A stretch of 64,000 bases of DNA from Octopus sinensis (lineage: Eukaryota), in NCBI RefSeq assembly GCF_006345805.1, contig NC_043011.1, positions 65,174,464 to 65,238,463 of the forward strand, read 5' to 3'. Shown here one piece after another: positions 27,446 through 41,149 of this stretch (the stretch's first letter is position 1; each line of letters begins with the position of its first letter). A program made the translations under genes and the position numbers. The notes under the pieces are model-generated. The model saw only the letters and a list, made by a program, of their open reading frames with translations. It was not told where the DNA came from and searched no databases.

Positions 27446-28769
27446 TTCAATAGATTTCAGGCAGTCTCTCTCTCTCTCTCTGCCTTTCTCTGATCCTTTG
27501 TGAATGTCTGGTAGATAGGTGGGTAGGTAGGTAGGTAGGTAGGTAGGTAGGTACGTAGGTAGGTAGGTAGGTAGGTTGGTAGGTAGGTAGGTAGGTAGGT
27601 AGGTAGGTAGATATGTAGGTAGGTAGGTAGGTTTATTGGCAGTAAATTTGAAAAAAACTTTGAGTTAAGATATTTGATCGTTTAAGCATGAACAGACTAC
27701 TTTAAAGGGATTGGAACGTTGCTCCAAATTATCTGGGATGACAACTAGCCACTGTACAATTGCGCTCAAACTTTAAGTGTCGGCTGTTTTTAGAACTGAA
27801 TTCCAAAAATAAATATACTAACATAAATATAAAAGAGACACGTTGGGCTATTCCGCTTCAGTACTCACACAGCCTCACCACACATATTAAGGTATTCTGT
27901 TATGGTAATCGATAATGTACATTCATTCTATTAGATTATAAAGAAATATGTCGATTTTAGCCCGGAGGAGAATTTTTAAATTCATAATATAATTATAAAT
28001 TGTTAAATGATTGATAGAAGCTATTGAATGGATCGTAGCCCATAACTAATCGGCAATTGTGTTTTTGCAGTATTTAAATTTTCCTTTTTCGTTATATACA
28101 ACGTAACAGTAGATAAATAGTTATTGTTTGAACAACACGTATATACGTGTACAGGTGTGTGTTCATTCATAAGAATTTCAACTAATAAGAAAGGCAAAAA
28201 TTAAGACTTCCCACCCCAGATATGAATATGTAATTGTTTATTTCTAAATACGGCAGGATCCTGTGTAGCTTCGTTTTACTGACATCGAAGATGTGTCTGG
28301 GGAACCAAGTCTTATGCGTCCGGCTTGATGATTCGCGAGAATCCTTAGCTTCAAAAAGCAACACAGATATTTATAGCATAGTGTGTGTATTTATGTATTT
28401 GATCAGTAAGATCCTGTATTGTGACTCAGTGAGAAAATATAGAAGAATGCCAGGAAGATGGTGATTGTCCAGTCTATAATTAGTTATTAGGTGAAATTGT
28501 TTGACATTATCGGTGAGTTCATAATCTCAGAGAAATAGCATATGCAAACATATATGCGTTAAGAGTCATGTGTATGTATGTATGTATGTATGTATGTATG
28601 TATGTATGTATGTATGTATGTATGTATGTATGCATGTATGTATGTATGTATATGTGTATGTATATACAGACATGCAGGAAGTAAATAGACAACCTTTTCT
28701 TCAAAATGTTTTATTCAATACGCAAAGTGATCAATTGAAATATAATCGATAAGTAGGAAACCATAATAA

Positions 28770-29720
28770 TGTATTTAGTTGACATTCCGTCTGCAGTTTC
28801 CAATTCAGAAACTCTTTTTGGCATTGTACTGATGAGCTTTGTGATATCCTTTTGTCCATTCAATAATCGACACAATTCATCTTTAGATTTCGGTTTCTGT
28901 ATGCTCTAAAGACTTTTAATCTGGCTCATGTCAGGAGATTGGCTCGGTCAAGGAAGCGTTTTGATCCCATTTCCTGTAAGCCATTAATGAGTGCTTTTCG
29001 CTGTGCGGCATGGATCCCCATCTTCCATGAACAAAACTCGTTATGTTATCGTGTAAATACATCTGAAGCAGTCTTGCTTAAGTATTTCGATGTATTTTTC
29101 AGAATTTATGGTTCCAAAACATTCAACCATCTCAGAACGACCATTGCTTGTGACAGTTCCCCATACACTTACAGAGATACCGCTATGTTTAACAGTTATT
29201 TAGAGACGTTTCACATCAAATTCTTAATTGGGAAGACTTCAGACCCAAACACGTCCACTGTCTGAAAATAATTCAAATCTGGATTCATCTGAGAACATCA
29301 CTCTCTCCCAAATTGATCTGGATTTTTTTGACATCTACTTAGTTAATTTCTGTCTTTTCCTGATATTAATTGGTTGAAGGAGCGGTTTCCTTCTCGCTGC
29401 TCGTCCGTAATACCAAAGCTTATGCACATATGTAACACAAGCTCTTGGACTAACTTCTAACTGTTTTGCAATGTCAAATGCCTTCAAACAGGGTTCGTTT
29501 CTACAATTCTCTTAAAACAGCGTATCTTCGTTATCGAGTGCCCAGGTCAGCCGGGACGAGAATCTGTTGATTCTTGGCTTTTGAATTGCATTATGATTCT
29601 ATTAACAGTATCAAGAGGAATTTGAAGATTGTCGGCAATTTCTCGCTGGGTAAAACCAGATAAAGTTTGCCCAACAATACGACGTCTTTAAAAATCTGTG
29701 TGTTCTGCACAATATTGGGT
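28770..29720 (-). mobile_element. Degenerate Tc1-type transposon fossil
   Basis: Minus frame FMEDGDPCRTAK..WL..NGIKTLP*PSQSPDMSQI ... LISTMPKRVSEL..ADGMSTKY. Confidence 0.7.
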
Positions 29721-30410
29721 GCGTGACATATTTACTCTTTGCAAATGCTTAATATAATGGCCCCTTGAATGAAAAAGAATAATTATATTTTAAATTCCAG
29801 AACGCTGAAGACATATTAAGACGCTGAGAATATATGCATGTCTCTGTGTGCACGCACACACACACACACACACATACATATATATATATGTGCTGAGTAT
29901 ATGCTAATTGACAAAAAGACGTAGATGGGTGTCTAAGCAAGAAAAAATGTAAGGCTCCGGAATTGAGAGTCTTTTACAGTTCAAGCTTACGTTCTTCGAC
30001 GGAAAGGAACGAAGAAACAAACAGGGGGAGAAAATATATAAGGTTTAATAGCGAACGATTTATCATAGCGAATGCCGGACAAAGGGTACACTCTCTCCGT
30101 CTTCCCTTTCTCTTGGACTTTCTTCTGTCCTCTGTTTCACACGAAGAGCTTTGCTTGAACGTAAAGCTATCTTTTTTCCCTTCCCTGAGATTCTGCTAAT
30201 GCGTTGCATGTAACACGTCCTTGCGTTGTTGTGTGTTGTCTTCTTGTTTTGGGGTGGAATTAATTATGTCTGTTTACATACACATATTTATATATATATG
30301 TGTGTCCCTTTTTGTGTCTCTAGCACTACGCTTCCTTACTTGGAAGCCTTTTATTATATTTCTCTTTCTCTCTATATATATATATTCAAATATATATATA
30401 TATATATCTA

Positions 30411-30463
<53 letters not shown>

Positions 30464-31262
30464 CAGTTAAATTAAAAACGAAAATAAATAAATAGCCTTT
30501 TATTCTAGGGTTAACCTTGATTCTCTTACTGTATCTTTTTCTACCGATAACTTAAGACCCTCTCATAGTTTTCCTTAGATCTTCCTTTTCTCCTAACACC
30601 CACTATAAATTCTGGTGGCTTTCATTTGAAAGCAAGGTGTGGTCAACCTTACAGTCTCTTAAGAATTTAATGTTTCTTCCACACTGACCTAGATTTTTGT
30701 CACCATAGAAATAGACTGACCTTTCTTTTTAGTGTCAATCTGTCTTTGTTCCTTTTACACCCCCAAAATCTTTTTCCCCTTCCGTTCTTTTCTCCAGCTA
30801 ATCAGCTTCCTTGACCTACCCTAATACCATTCCTATCACTAAAGAAATTTTTTCTTGCAACAGTTACATGCGAACTTAATCGTGGTCTGACTGGCATCTT
30901 TCTTCATGTTTCCTGAAATTCATATCCACTACTTTATCGGTATATTTACCTTCTCTGGGAGGTCACTAATTAATTTGAGAACTTTACATTATTGGAAAGC
31001 ATATATGAATTCAATCTTCATTTGCTTGGCATCTTGCTTCAAGTTCCTCAAACTCACATCTACAACTTTATCGGTATATTTACACTCTCTAAGATGTTAG
31101 TAATTGATTTGAGAACTCTACATTATTGGAAAACCTATATGAAATTAGCTGAAGATTACTTGACATATTATATTTCCTGTAATATTTGCAGCTTTAATAA
31201 ATTGTTATAGTATGAAACAATTGTACTAAATTGCCGGATCCATTCTTGTTGCTAATTTTTTG

Positions 31263-31299
<37 letters not shown>

Positions 31300-31416
31300 T
31301 AATGTAAAATATGAGGGCTTCTGCAATTATTTCTGCTACCGATTTAAGTTAGACAGACATTTTAAATTAAAGATCAAAATAGAGTCATGATTTAAAAATC
31401 TACTTTCTTATCCAAG

Positions 31417-31520
31417 GTGTATCAAGTATATGCACGCTGGACTTGTGTAAAAATGCCGCCGGCTATTATTGGTGCAACACTTATAACGGCAATGCAGCCG
31501 TGCGCCCTGTCCACGGGTAG
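31417..31520 (+). CDS. Exon 2 of secreted Cys-peptide gene, copy B (47-aa precursor)
   Basis: tactttcttatccaag| then (G)VSSICTLDLCKNAAGYYWCNTYNGNAAVRPVHG-TAG, gapless with A/C. Confidence 0.7.
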
Positions 31521-31559
31521 GTATGAAAAAATTAACTACTTCACACGTTTTATATTCTG

Positions 31560-31565
31560 AATAAA
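31560..31565 (+). terminator. Possible poly(A) signal of gene B
   Basis: AATAAA 39 nt after the TAG; weak evidence in AT-rich DNA. Confidence 0.25.
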
Positions 31566-34500
31566 AATCCATACACAATTACAGACCGTTTGCAGTAAAA
31601 TTTTTAACGTAATATCTGACAACACTCGGACCTTGGTATATTGATTTTACCTAACGTTAAAAAGATTAATATGGTTTAGAAGTGAACATGTAATCATAAA
31701 AATACAACGTAATTTTGAAAGACTGAGGATGCGATTGGTTACATAGGAAAAAAAAGAAGGATTGGAATTGTCTGCTATTATTAGTAACATTTAAGGATCA
31801 CGCTTGTTCTCCAATATTCAAGCATCTAAATATGAGAAACCGAAACTTAATCGTTGCCAATGAGCACGTATTTGGACGGATGACAATCTTTATGAAGAAG
31901 CATGCTTGATTGGGCCCTTAGAAAAACGGCAAAACCACGGAAAATAGGTGTTTTGCATTAAGGTATGAAGCCGAATATGCCGTTAAGAGACCGTTTTAGA
32001 ACTGCTACAGGATGTTTTGTGGTTGTTCATTTGAAAGATGTCGGTTTTCATTCTTGTTCCCCCGTCACTCATTAATATGAAGAACCGAAAAGCGAGGTTA
32101 ATCTTTGACAAAGAGATCGTAATTTAGATGGATGGCAATTGATTCTGTCTGTTCCTCAATGACAAATGCAAGATCAGTTTGTTTGCCTCCGGTAATAGGC
32201 AGACATGAGACGGCTGATAAATGAAGGATTGCTCCCTAAATGCCTGAATATATGAGTGAAACTTTCAGTTAGGCGTATAATGGTATGGTGAATGGGTTCT
32301 ACGGCAGGTGCTGGGCAATTTATCAGGGTTCATACTAATGTGAATGAATCATATATTGAATCATCCAACAAATTACGATAACAAATACTATTCTATATTT
32401 TCGGCATAACGTGTTACGTAAATTATGTGCATTGAACGGATAGCTGTTCTCACATCGTTTCTTGTTACTACAACGTCTTGATAGATGTACTTCCCAATAT
32501 TCATCAGGGTTCTGGTGGAATTTAGAACCCTACTAATTCCGAAGCTATTATTGTTTCTGTTCCTTTTCTTAGTAGCGTGCGATCTTATCCACTTCGCTAT
32601 ATGCTCATCGGCATTTATGTAGCGAGTTGTGGGGCTTATAGGCCTAAACATTTTTTGTTTTCTTGATATCAGTATTAGGTCTGCTTAAATGTTTACAGCG
32701 TCCTGACGTAAGTTCTGCAAACATTTGAACCAGCCTTATTCTGATGGAAGAATACATCTCGTCATGGAACCAAAGATCGCTGACTTAAGCCCCTCGATTG
32801 CTAGCGATAGATGTCTTGTTATCGTAAGGTTTGGGCTTGAATCCTCACAATGGAAATAAGCCCTTCAAACAGTAGGTAAAGTCCTTGTTTTTGTCGACTA
32901 TGCTTCATAGAATCATCAATTCGGCTCCGGTTTTGAACATAAATGCATCATGACGCAATTCACCTTCACAGGCATTGGGAATCTTTAGACCGTATTGTTT
33001 GGCATTCGTAGCGTAAGGTCCAATGCACAACATTCAGTGTATGCGGGTGTGGTTCTGAGGACAGCGCATGTAATCAGTGTGACAAAATCAAACGTCATCG
33101 CGTTTGAAGTAATCACTAATCGTTGCAGCGTTATGCCCGCTTTCCCCTTCCCATTCGGCGTCAAACTCAACTCCAAGGCCTGTATCACGTGCCTGGTGGA
33201 GGTAGTGTAGCAGTGGGACAATAGGGTGTCTGCTGGAAGCAAGTATTCTACCAACAGGACTCCATACCCTGCCATACAAGCAGGAGAAAACAATCATGGC
33301 AGCCTTAAAATTTCTCCGACAATATCTACTCCAACTTCAGGCCACACAACGCCCCAGCATGTAGCCTATATGATTATCATGTGTTTTGAGCTCATGAGCG
33401 TCAGACGAAAAGACAGAACTCCTTATAACACCCAATGAAGGGATTACGGCAGCATTGAACAACTTAACCAAGGACACATTCTACAAAAGCGGCACGTGAT
33501 TCCAAGGTCACCAATGGCAATTATTATATTCAAGAAATGTACCCTTTGGCTTTTCAAGATATTTTTGTGTCAATTTGGGAAATATATCTTCTAAAATGAG
33601 GGATCAGAATTAATTCCAGTTGTGTATAATTTAGACGTCCCTTTATTCACTCACACTGTATATATACATAGATACAGAACTGACTGCAATCAATGGACAC
33701 ATCATAATATGCCGTTTTATTTTTTATTCTTTTCTTTTCATGTTTCTAAGCTTATTTGGCTACACTACATTAACAGCTATTCTACAGACACAAATTATTT
33801 TAACGGAAACTGTTATATGAGAAGAATATTATGATGAAACCGAGCCAATAAAAACTTTCTGGAGCTTAAAGAATGAAAAAGAGGCAATTATGTGAAGGAG
33901 GTGAAATATTATTGTACTAAAAAAAGAAAACTAATATTAGTTCAACTCATATGAATCGGCATCACGAGACAAATATTTTTGGAGAAACATTCGTCGAAAA
34001 TATTAAACAGAGAAATATGATATTTTTTGCCAATTCAAATTAATTTTTATTATACTCTTTAATTTGTACTTATCAAAACATGTACATATTAAAACTATTT
34101 AACTAATTAAACATTAAAAACATTATTAGTATTATTTAGCATTTTCTATAATAAACATGATATAAAGAATATATACGTTTATGGTATATATATATTACTA
34201 TTTAACCTCTATGAATTTTTGGATGGATAAACTTCTAAGATTCAGCAAAACATTCAAAAACTATATATAATAGAAGGAATATTTTTCATTCATATAGTTA
34301 AATATATTTAATTATAATATTAGTAGTGTTCCATGCATTAAAACTTATTTGTCTAAAACAATTTACGGGAGCAATATATTTCCATAGTCTTAAGTATTGA
34401 ACCTGGATATGTACAGAATAGCATTTAAGTCTGGAAACGAGCAAGATGAAAGTATAGTTCTATATTTAAGTGTTAGGGAATTGTGTATTATTTACATTAT

Positions 34501-34680
34501 TTATAATCGACGTTTATTTGTCCTTATCTTCTTTTTGTTGTGTATTGTTAACACAACGTTTCGGCTGATATACACTCTAACCTTCATTAGGTGTCTTGGG
34601 GGGTAACTTCGAGTCTGGTTTCTCACACCTAAGGTATTCTTATGCTATCATTATTAATATTATTATTATGCTATTATTAC

Positions 34681-34744
<64 letters not shown>

Positions 34745-34959
34745 GTTGTTGTTGTTGTTGTTGTTATGTTTTCCTTCTTTCTTCAAATTTTCTTCCGTTT
34801 CACGTTGAGTGTCATCCGTACACCTAAGGCAGAGTAGGGCATTGTATGCATTCCCAGATTACACACGCAAATTCACAGATAAAATATGTATGTAAAAATT
34901 AATAAATAAATCAATTTATGGATGGATGTTATTTTCACAGTGATAGTGCTCTTCTCAGT

Positions 34960-35500
34960 ACATGAGCCTCTCCAGTTAATACTATTTTTACACTTCCTGT
35001 AGGGATGGTAAGCCTGGAATCATTTTCAAATAGGTTTCAGTATCTTTTTTTTACCATTCTTAGAGATCCTACAATCACTGGTACTGTAGTCGTCTTGAGA
35101 TGCCACATTTCTTCAATTTCTATTAGCAGGTCTTTATATTTACTAATCTTGTCAAATTCTTTCGCCGCTATATTATGTTCACAGGGAATACTCATGTCAA
35201 TTAATAAACACATCCTTTTTGTCTGATCTTTTATAATAATATCCGGTTTATTAACTTTTATAGCCCTGTCGGTCTGCACGGGGAAGTCCCATAGAATCGA
35301 CACATATACTTCCTCAGTCACAGCTTCAGGATGGTGTTTATACCATTTGTCAGTAGTTTTGATTTTATAATGCCGACATATTGTCCATTGTAATACTGGC
35401 CGACTCTGTCACGTCTTGCTTTATATTCTGCAGGTCCTAAGACTCTACACCCTGAGATTAGGTGGTCTATTGTTTCAATCTTCAATATTATTATAATAAT
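34960..35500 (-). mobile_element. 5'-truncated R4/Dong-like LINE fragment related to 3399-7998
   Basis: ILWDFPVQTDRAIKVNKPDIIIKDQTKRMCLLIDMSIPCEHNI aligns with the translation of 7460-7700. Confidence 0.85.
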
Positions 35501-35530
35501 TAATTTTTTTATTATTATCATTATTAGTAA

Positions 35531-35585
<55 letters not shown>

Positions 35586-35613
35586 TTATTATTATTATTA
35601 TTATTATTATTAA

Positions 35614-35674
<61 letters not shown>

Positions 35675-35677
<3 letters not shown>

Positions 35678-36590
35678 TAGTTTTATTTTTATAGCGTGCA
35701 TTCACTTCACTACCGAGCGTAGATCTGTGTGCCCTGGGTATGTGCTGTGATTTGTTGTGATGCTCTGATGGTTATTGTCTGGAAAGTGTTTTGCGTAAGA
35801 TGTGTGCAGTGCCTAGTAGTGCAATTTTGTGTATATTTTATGTGTTTGTAAGTCCTGGTGATTTTGTTATGTATTTGCCTGAATATTTTTTACCATGCCT
35901 AATGCACCTACTATGATAGGAATTGTCTCTGTTTTCAGATTCCACATTCTAGTTACCTTTGTTTCCAGGTCTTTGTATTTTGAGAGTTTCTCCATTTCTT
36001 TTAGAGACACGTTGTCATCTGCCGGTTTTGATACATCAATTAGAAAGCATTTTTTTTCTTCGTGATCGCTGACATCTATATCTGGTCGGTTGGCCTTACT
36101 TTCTCTATCTGTGTGTATCGGCATATCCCAAAGTATGGTTGCTTTCTCGTTTTCTGTGACCTTTTCTTGTGTGTGCCTATACCATCTTTTTTCTGTTGTT
36201 ATTCCATAATGTTGGCATAGCTTCCAATGTATGTAGGTTCCAACTCTGTCATGTCTGTGAATATATTCCTTCTTAGCCAGGACTGGGCAGCTAGAGATAA
36301 TATGATTTATTGTTTCTTGTCCATCTCCACATATCCTGCAGTTACTTGTAATATTTCTTTTCATTACATGTTTTTGGTAATTTCTGGTCGGGAGACTTTG
36401 GTCTTGTGCTACAATTAAAAATCCCTGTTTCTGCTTTGAGTCCTGAGTTTCTCAACCATTGCTGGGATTTTTCTTTGCGTAATTCTTTTGCGTTTAGTGT
36501 AGTCCAGTATTTACCATGAAGGGGCTTTTCTTGCCATCGTTTTATCATGGTTCGTTGATGTTCTATTTTTAGTTTGGATTTCATTTGTTT
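35675..36590 (-). mobile_element. 5'-truncated RLE-type LINE of a second family, between (TTA)n arrays
   Basis: CRICGDGQETINHIISSCPVLAKKEYIHRHDRVG (CCHC knuckle) and RPDIDV..FLIDVSKP (RLE). Confidence 0.9.
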
Positions 36591-36679
36591 TATAGCTTTT
36601 GTTGTTTCTTCATCTTCTTCTTCTTCATGTTTATTATTATTATTATTATTATTATTAATATTATTATTATTATTATTAC

Positions 36680-36732
<53 letters not shown>

Positions 36733-36788
36733 CCACTAAGTTCACTGTTTGATTCGGGGCAGTGACCCTAATAATAATAATAATGATG

Positions 36789-36848
<60 letters not shown>

Positions 36849-37914
36849 TTTAATAATAACAATAATAATTACAACAACAACAACAATAGCATAAAAAAAT
36901 ACCCCAAGAATGAAAACCCAGGTTGAAAATTACCCTCAGACACCTGATGAAATCTGGATAGTATATTCATTTGAAACGTTGTGTTATCAACAAACAAGAT
37001 GAGGACAAATATTTGTGAAATATAAATAATACTAATAACGTAAATAATATAAGAAGAACATTAGCTGACAATTTTACTGCTAAAGTTAAAATTTATCAAG
37101 TAAATTTCTTAACTTAATATTTTTCTTGAGTGCAATGAATTGTTCTAAATATATCATTTGATTTCAATTGCAAATTTTAAAAATTGTTACGGATAATATA
37201 TTTGATATAAATACGTATTTGTATTGAGCTTAAACTATTTTGCGAAATTAAATTTAACTGTTGAAGTGAATCGAATTGTTTTTGTGTGTTTTTTAAATGG
37301 TTTAGAAACACTTTCCACCTTGCAGTTGTATTTGTTTCCGCACACGATCTCATATCGAGTCACTTGCTGTGCAAATACATTTCTATGATTTTTGGTTTAG
37401 TTTTACTATTATATAAATATTTGTTTTAATTATAATTCAATTTCGAAATTCGTTATCAATTAATTTGAAATCCATTATGCTGTGTTATTAAAAATGATAT
37501 TTTCTATTTGCAGTTACAAGAATATTAAACACATTAAAGATAATAACGAATTTGTATGCAAAACGTAGAAAAACGTTAGTGTTTTAAAAAGAGGAATTTA
37601 GGGAATACAAGATTCAGTCAGGTTTAAATTGCTGTGATGGTATTCTTCAATCGTTTATGTCCGTGATGTCAAATGTTTAATGTGTAATCTTCTAGGTAAT
37701 GAGACATTTTACTCCAAATATAAATAGATACATAAGTATTTTAATTGAGATTTATTCGTAAAAATAAGAATACCTGTATAAGCATAAGGAAATATTTAAT
37801 GTATTGAGGTGAATAATTGTAATTATGGAAACTACTAAGTGTGAATCTGAGGAGTCTAGAAGGGAAGAAATATCAGATACGATACCGAAAATGATAGTAC
37901 AGCCATCGTAAACA

Positions 37915-38430
37915 GCAGCGAAAACATATGTGTGTGGAATGCGTGGTAATACATTTTCTGAATATTGTCATTGAACTAACCACAAATGTATTCGTGCAGC
38001 AAAGAAGGTACATCACTGTGGAGTCTTTTGCATTTCATTTCAGCGACATGATCAGTTAATTACTCACGTACCTATTCACAAGATTTTCGTAAACATATCA
38101 AAGTGATATCTGTAGTAAATCATTCGCTGGAAAATATGTCTTAACTAAATACGAACTGGAGAAAGACATTATCAATGATATATTCCGTGGCAAGTCTAGC
38201 TCTCTGGAATTAAACGATCTACTCATAGAGGATTTCATACCGCACGACAAACCATAGCCCTGTGTATCTACGGTAAGTTGTTCTCATTAGGAAATACCTT
38301 AATGCTCACAATGGTATTCATACAGGAGACAAACCATATTCACGTGACATCTGTGGTACATCATGCACTGAAAAATATCTCTTACGAAGTCTCAAATGTA
38401 TACTTGCGATATCTGTGTGTCGACTTTGTT
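37915..38430 (+). pseudogene. Decayed tandem C2H2 zinc-finger array
   Basis: Remnants KTYVCG, DICSKSFA, GIHTGDKPYSRDICG (TGT>CGT at a Cys), YTCDIC, broken by stops and frameshifts. Confidence 0.65.
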
Positions 38431-38899
38431 GAATCAACCACTAGAAGAGTATTCTTATAACAAACTTAGTTTGTGAAGTCTACTTTCCCCATGCTTAAAT
38501 ATTGTTTCTTCTTTACTTTTCCAGTTTTAACACAAGAATTGTATAGCATTGTGCACTGTTTACTTCATTTGTAGTTATATTTATATAAATCTGAGTGTAG
38601 TGTATATATGTATGTATGCGGGGCTCATTATTTGTTATGCATATGTATTGCTGGTGAGTGTGTGCATGCATCTCTTTAGTGTGTGAAACAGTGTTTCTAC
38701 AAAATTTATATTTATTCATTTGTGATATATGTTAAATCCATTACATGAATTATTTCTTATTTAATCGTGTTAATTATATCACTTTTATCATAAGAAGTTC
38801 TTTTATTTCTCATATATCTACAAGTGTGAGTCAATGAATTACCATATTAAACCTGAAATAAATGAAATATAGCAGCACCTATGTTATTGTAATAACAAC

Positions 38900-39310
38900 A
38901 CATATTACAATCAGTATAATTTTACTTATGACAATAATTTACAATTTCTCCTTATTTTCAATTTGAGGAAAGCCAATATTATCAGTATAGTTATATGTTC
39001 GTTGATAACAACTTGATAACCGATGAGAAAAAACACCCGTGAAGTTAAAACGAAATTCTGAGCTTGGTAACATTATACAGAAATTCTGCCAAGAATATCC
39101 CGAGTTAATGGCTGGAAGCTTACAAGAAACAATGAAAAATATTTGTTCTTCATTGTTATTGTATCAACACTTTAAAAATACGAAGTTAATTAATTGGAAA
39201 AATTAAAAGCGTACAAAGACATTATCCCGAATGTCATAGATATTTAAATATGAGCAAAAACATAAAACGAAAAGGTTTCTCCAGAGAAACTGAAAATTTA
39301 ACACAGAGAT
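38900..39310 (-). repeat. Inverted paralog of the mariner flanks, lacking the mariner (empty site)
   Basis: The reverse complement joins 9000-9293 directly to 10581-10650 across caacgaacatataactatactg. Confidence 0.85.
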
Positions 39311-39399
39311 AAACGAAGAAGACCATATTAAGTACATACGTCAATGCAACGTTCGAATTTGAAAATTATTTGATTGGGAAGAATGTAATTTTGTTGGGT

Positions 39400-40290
39400 T
39401 TTTTTTAGTGGGAAATAAAAGTCAATTTATTCATAGAAAGTTTGAACTGAAATAAATTCCATATTTTCCATTTTGTTCAATGACCTTTTGCCATCTTTCT
39501 GGCATCGATTTCAGGGCATCATCGATATTGAAAGTTTTATCATTTCAAAAATTTGCAATCTTCGAAATAAATGGTCACATGATGATGAAGGTTATGTGGG
39601 GAACGGAAGAGAATTCCAATTCTAGCTCCAATAAAGTTTCTTGTATGAGCAAAGATGTGTGTTGTCTAGTGTTGTCAAGGAGGAACGCGATTCCCTTAAG
39701 ATACGCCAATTCTGAAATTTTTGTTTGATTGCTGCATCCAGCCTCATTAGTTGTTGAGAGTAAACAGCTGAATTGGTCGTTTGGTTCCTAGGAAGCAGAT
39801 CAAAGTACACAATACTCTTGCGAACCCACCAAACTGACAGCATGACCAATTTTGGATGCAAATCAGCTTCCGATGTTGCAAGTGCTGGTTCATTACGCTT
39901 GGCCCATGATCCATTTAGATTGTTCTTTTTGCAGACTATCCTTGTTTCATCAGCAGAGATGATGTTTCAAAACAAATTGCAATTCATTGCGTTCGAGAAG
40001 CATATTGAAAACACTGATTCCTTTTGTAAAATGAACCGCTTAATTAATTTTGAATTCCTGTGTTTCATACATTGAACCTCTCTCCATATCACTCGCACAC
40101 TTATATGAAAATCAGATTCAAATATGGCCTTCAATCTGTCATCATCATCGTTAGTAGGTTAACCAAATCGTTGTTCAACTTTCAGTGAAAAATCTCCAGA
40201 ACGGACATTTTAAATACATTTTGCGCATGTGCCAATTCTATTAAGCAAACAACACCATATAATCTTCACATATCCCTTTGTGGACCTAGG
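39400..40290 (-). mobile_element. Mariner fossil
   Basis: HPKLVMLSVWWVRKSIVYFDLLPRNQTTNSAVYSQQLMRLDAAIKQK is a typical mariner core segment. Ends approximate. Confidence 0.8.
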
Positions 40291-41149
40291 CAACAGTCTT
40301 GCCTTTACAGAAATAAAAATGCAAAATATGACAAAAACTCCATATGTCCTAACGCTTGTTGCCACCTCCCCCCAATTTTGTTAGAGCTGTGCAAAGATGT
40401 AAGGGGATTATTATTAGAAGTAGAAGTAGTAGTAAACCTATGCTGATAATTATTATGATTTCTGTTATTAGTATTAATTTTCTTTTCTTTCAATTAGTTT
40501 CCATTCCTTGAAGAGTGTCTTCTAAACACCTAGACACTCACATTCGTAGACAAAGTCACTCACATTCGTAGGCCATTGGAATAAGCACAACAGACTTTTC
40601 ATTTACAAAGTCATGCGATAAAATAAAATAAAATAAAATGACAGAGGGGAGACGTTAAAAGGAAAGATGACTACAGAAAGCAAATACGGGAGAAAAGGAA
40701 AGAAACATTGACAGCAAGAATGCTCTCGTCCGTACGTATGACGTACCATAAGAAAAGGTTTTGCAGCATTTATGGCAAACCAGGTGTCGTCTTCAAATAA
40801 TTCCGTGTTGTCTGCTTCATCATTCAAAGTGCTCCTACAATTACGTGAAATGTACCCGTTTTGAGATACAACATTCTATAGATTACAATCAGTAAACTTT
40901 TGTATTTTCTAAGCTTCTCTAATTCCTTGCTTGGGATATTACGTTCACAATATACGCTCAACGCAATCAATAAAGATATTATATTATTTTGGGTTTCACT
41001 ACAATATACGGTTTTAAAGCGTTGATAGTCCGCTCTCTATGAACAGGAATGTCACAATGTATCGTTACATTTTCTCTCTCAGTTACAGACTCTAGATGAT
41101 GCTTGTAACATTTGTCAGCAATTTCATTTTATAATAGTGACATATCGTT

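Larger units (their letters stand above)
29950..37400 (+). repeat. Block B: diverged paralog of blocks A/C around exon 2
   Basis: 29950-30300 matches 47960-48310 and 1-120; 31296-31530 matches 367-600; 31570-34640 matches 960-3130; 36900-37400 matches 8300-8800. Confidence 0.85.

Noticed and set aside
31432-31450. C-x4-C right after the leader, resembling vasopressin/oxytocin-type or EGF motifs
   Set aside because: No Pro-x-Gly-Lys-Arg or neurophysin, and too few Cys for EGF; no family name assigned.
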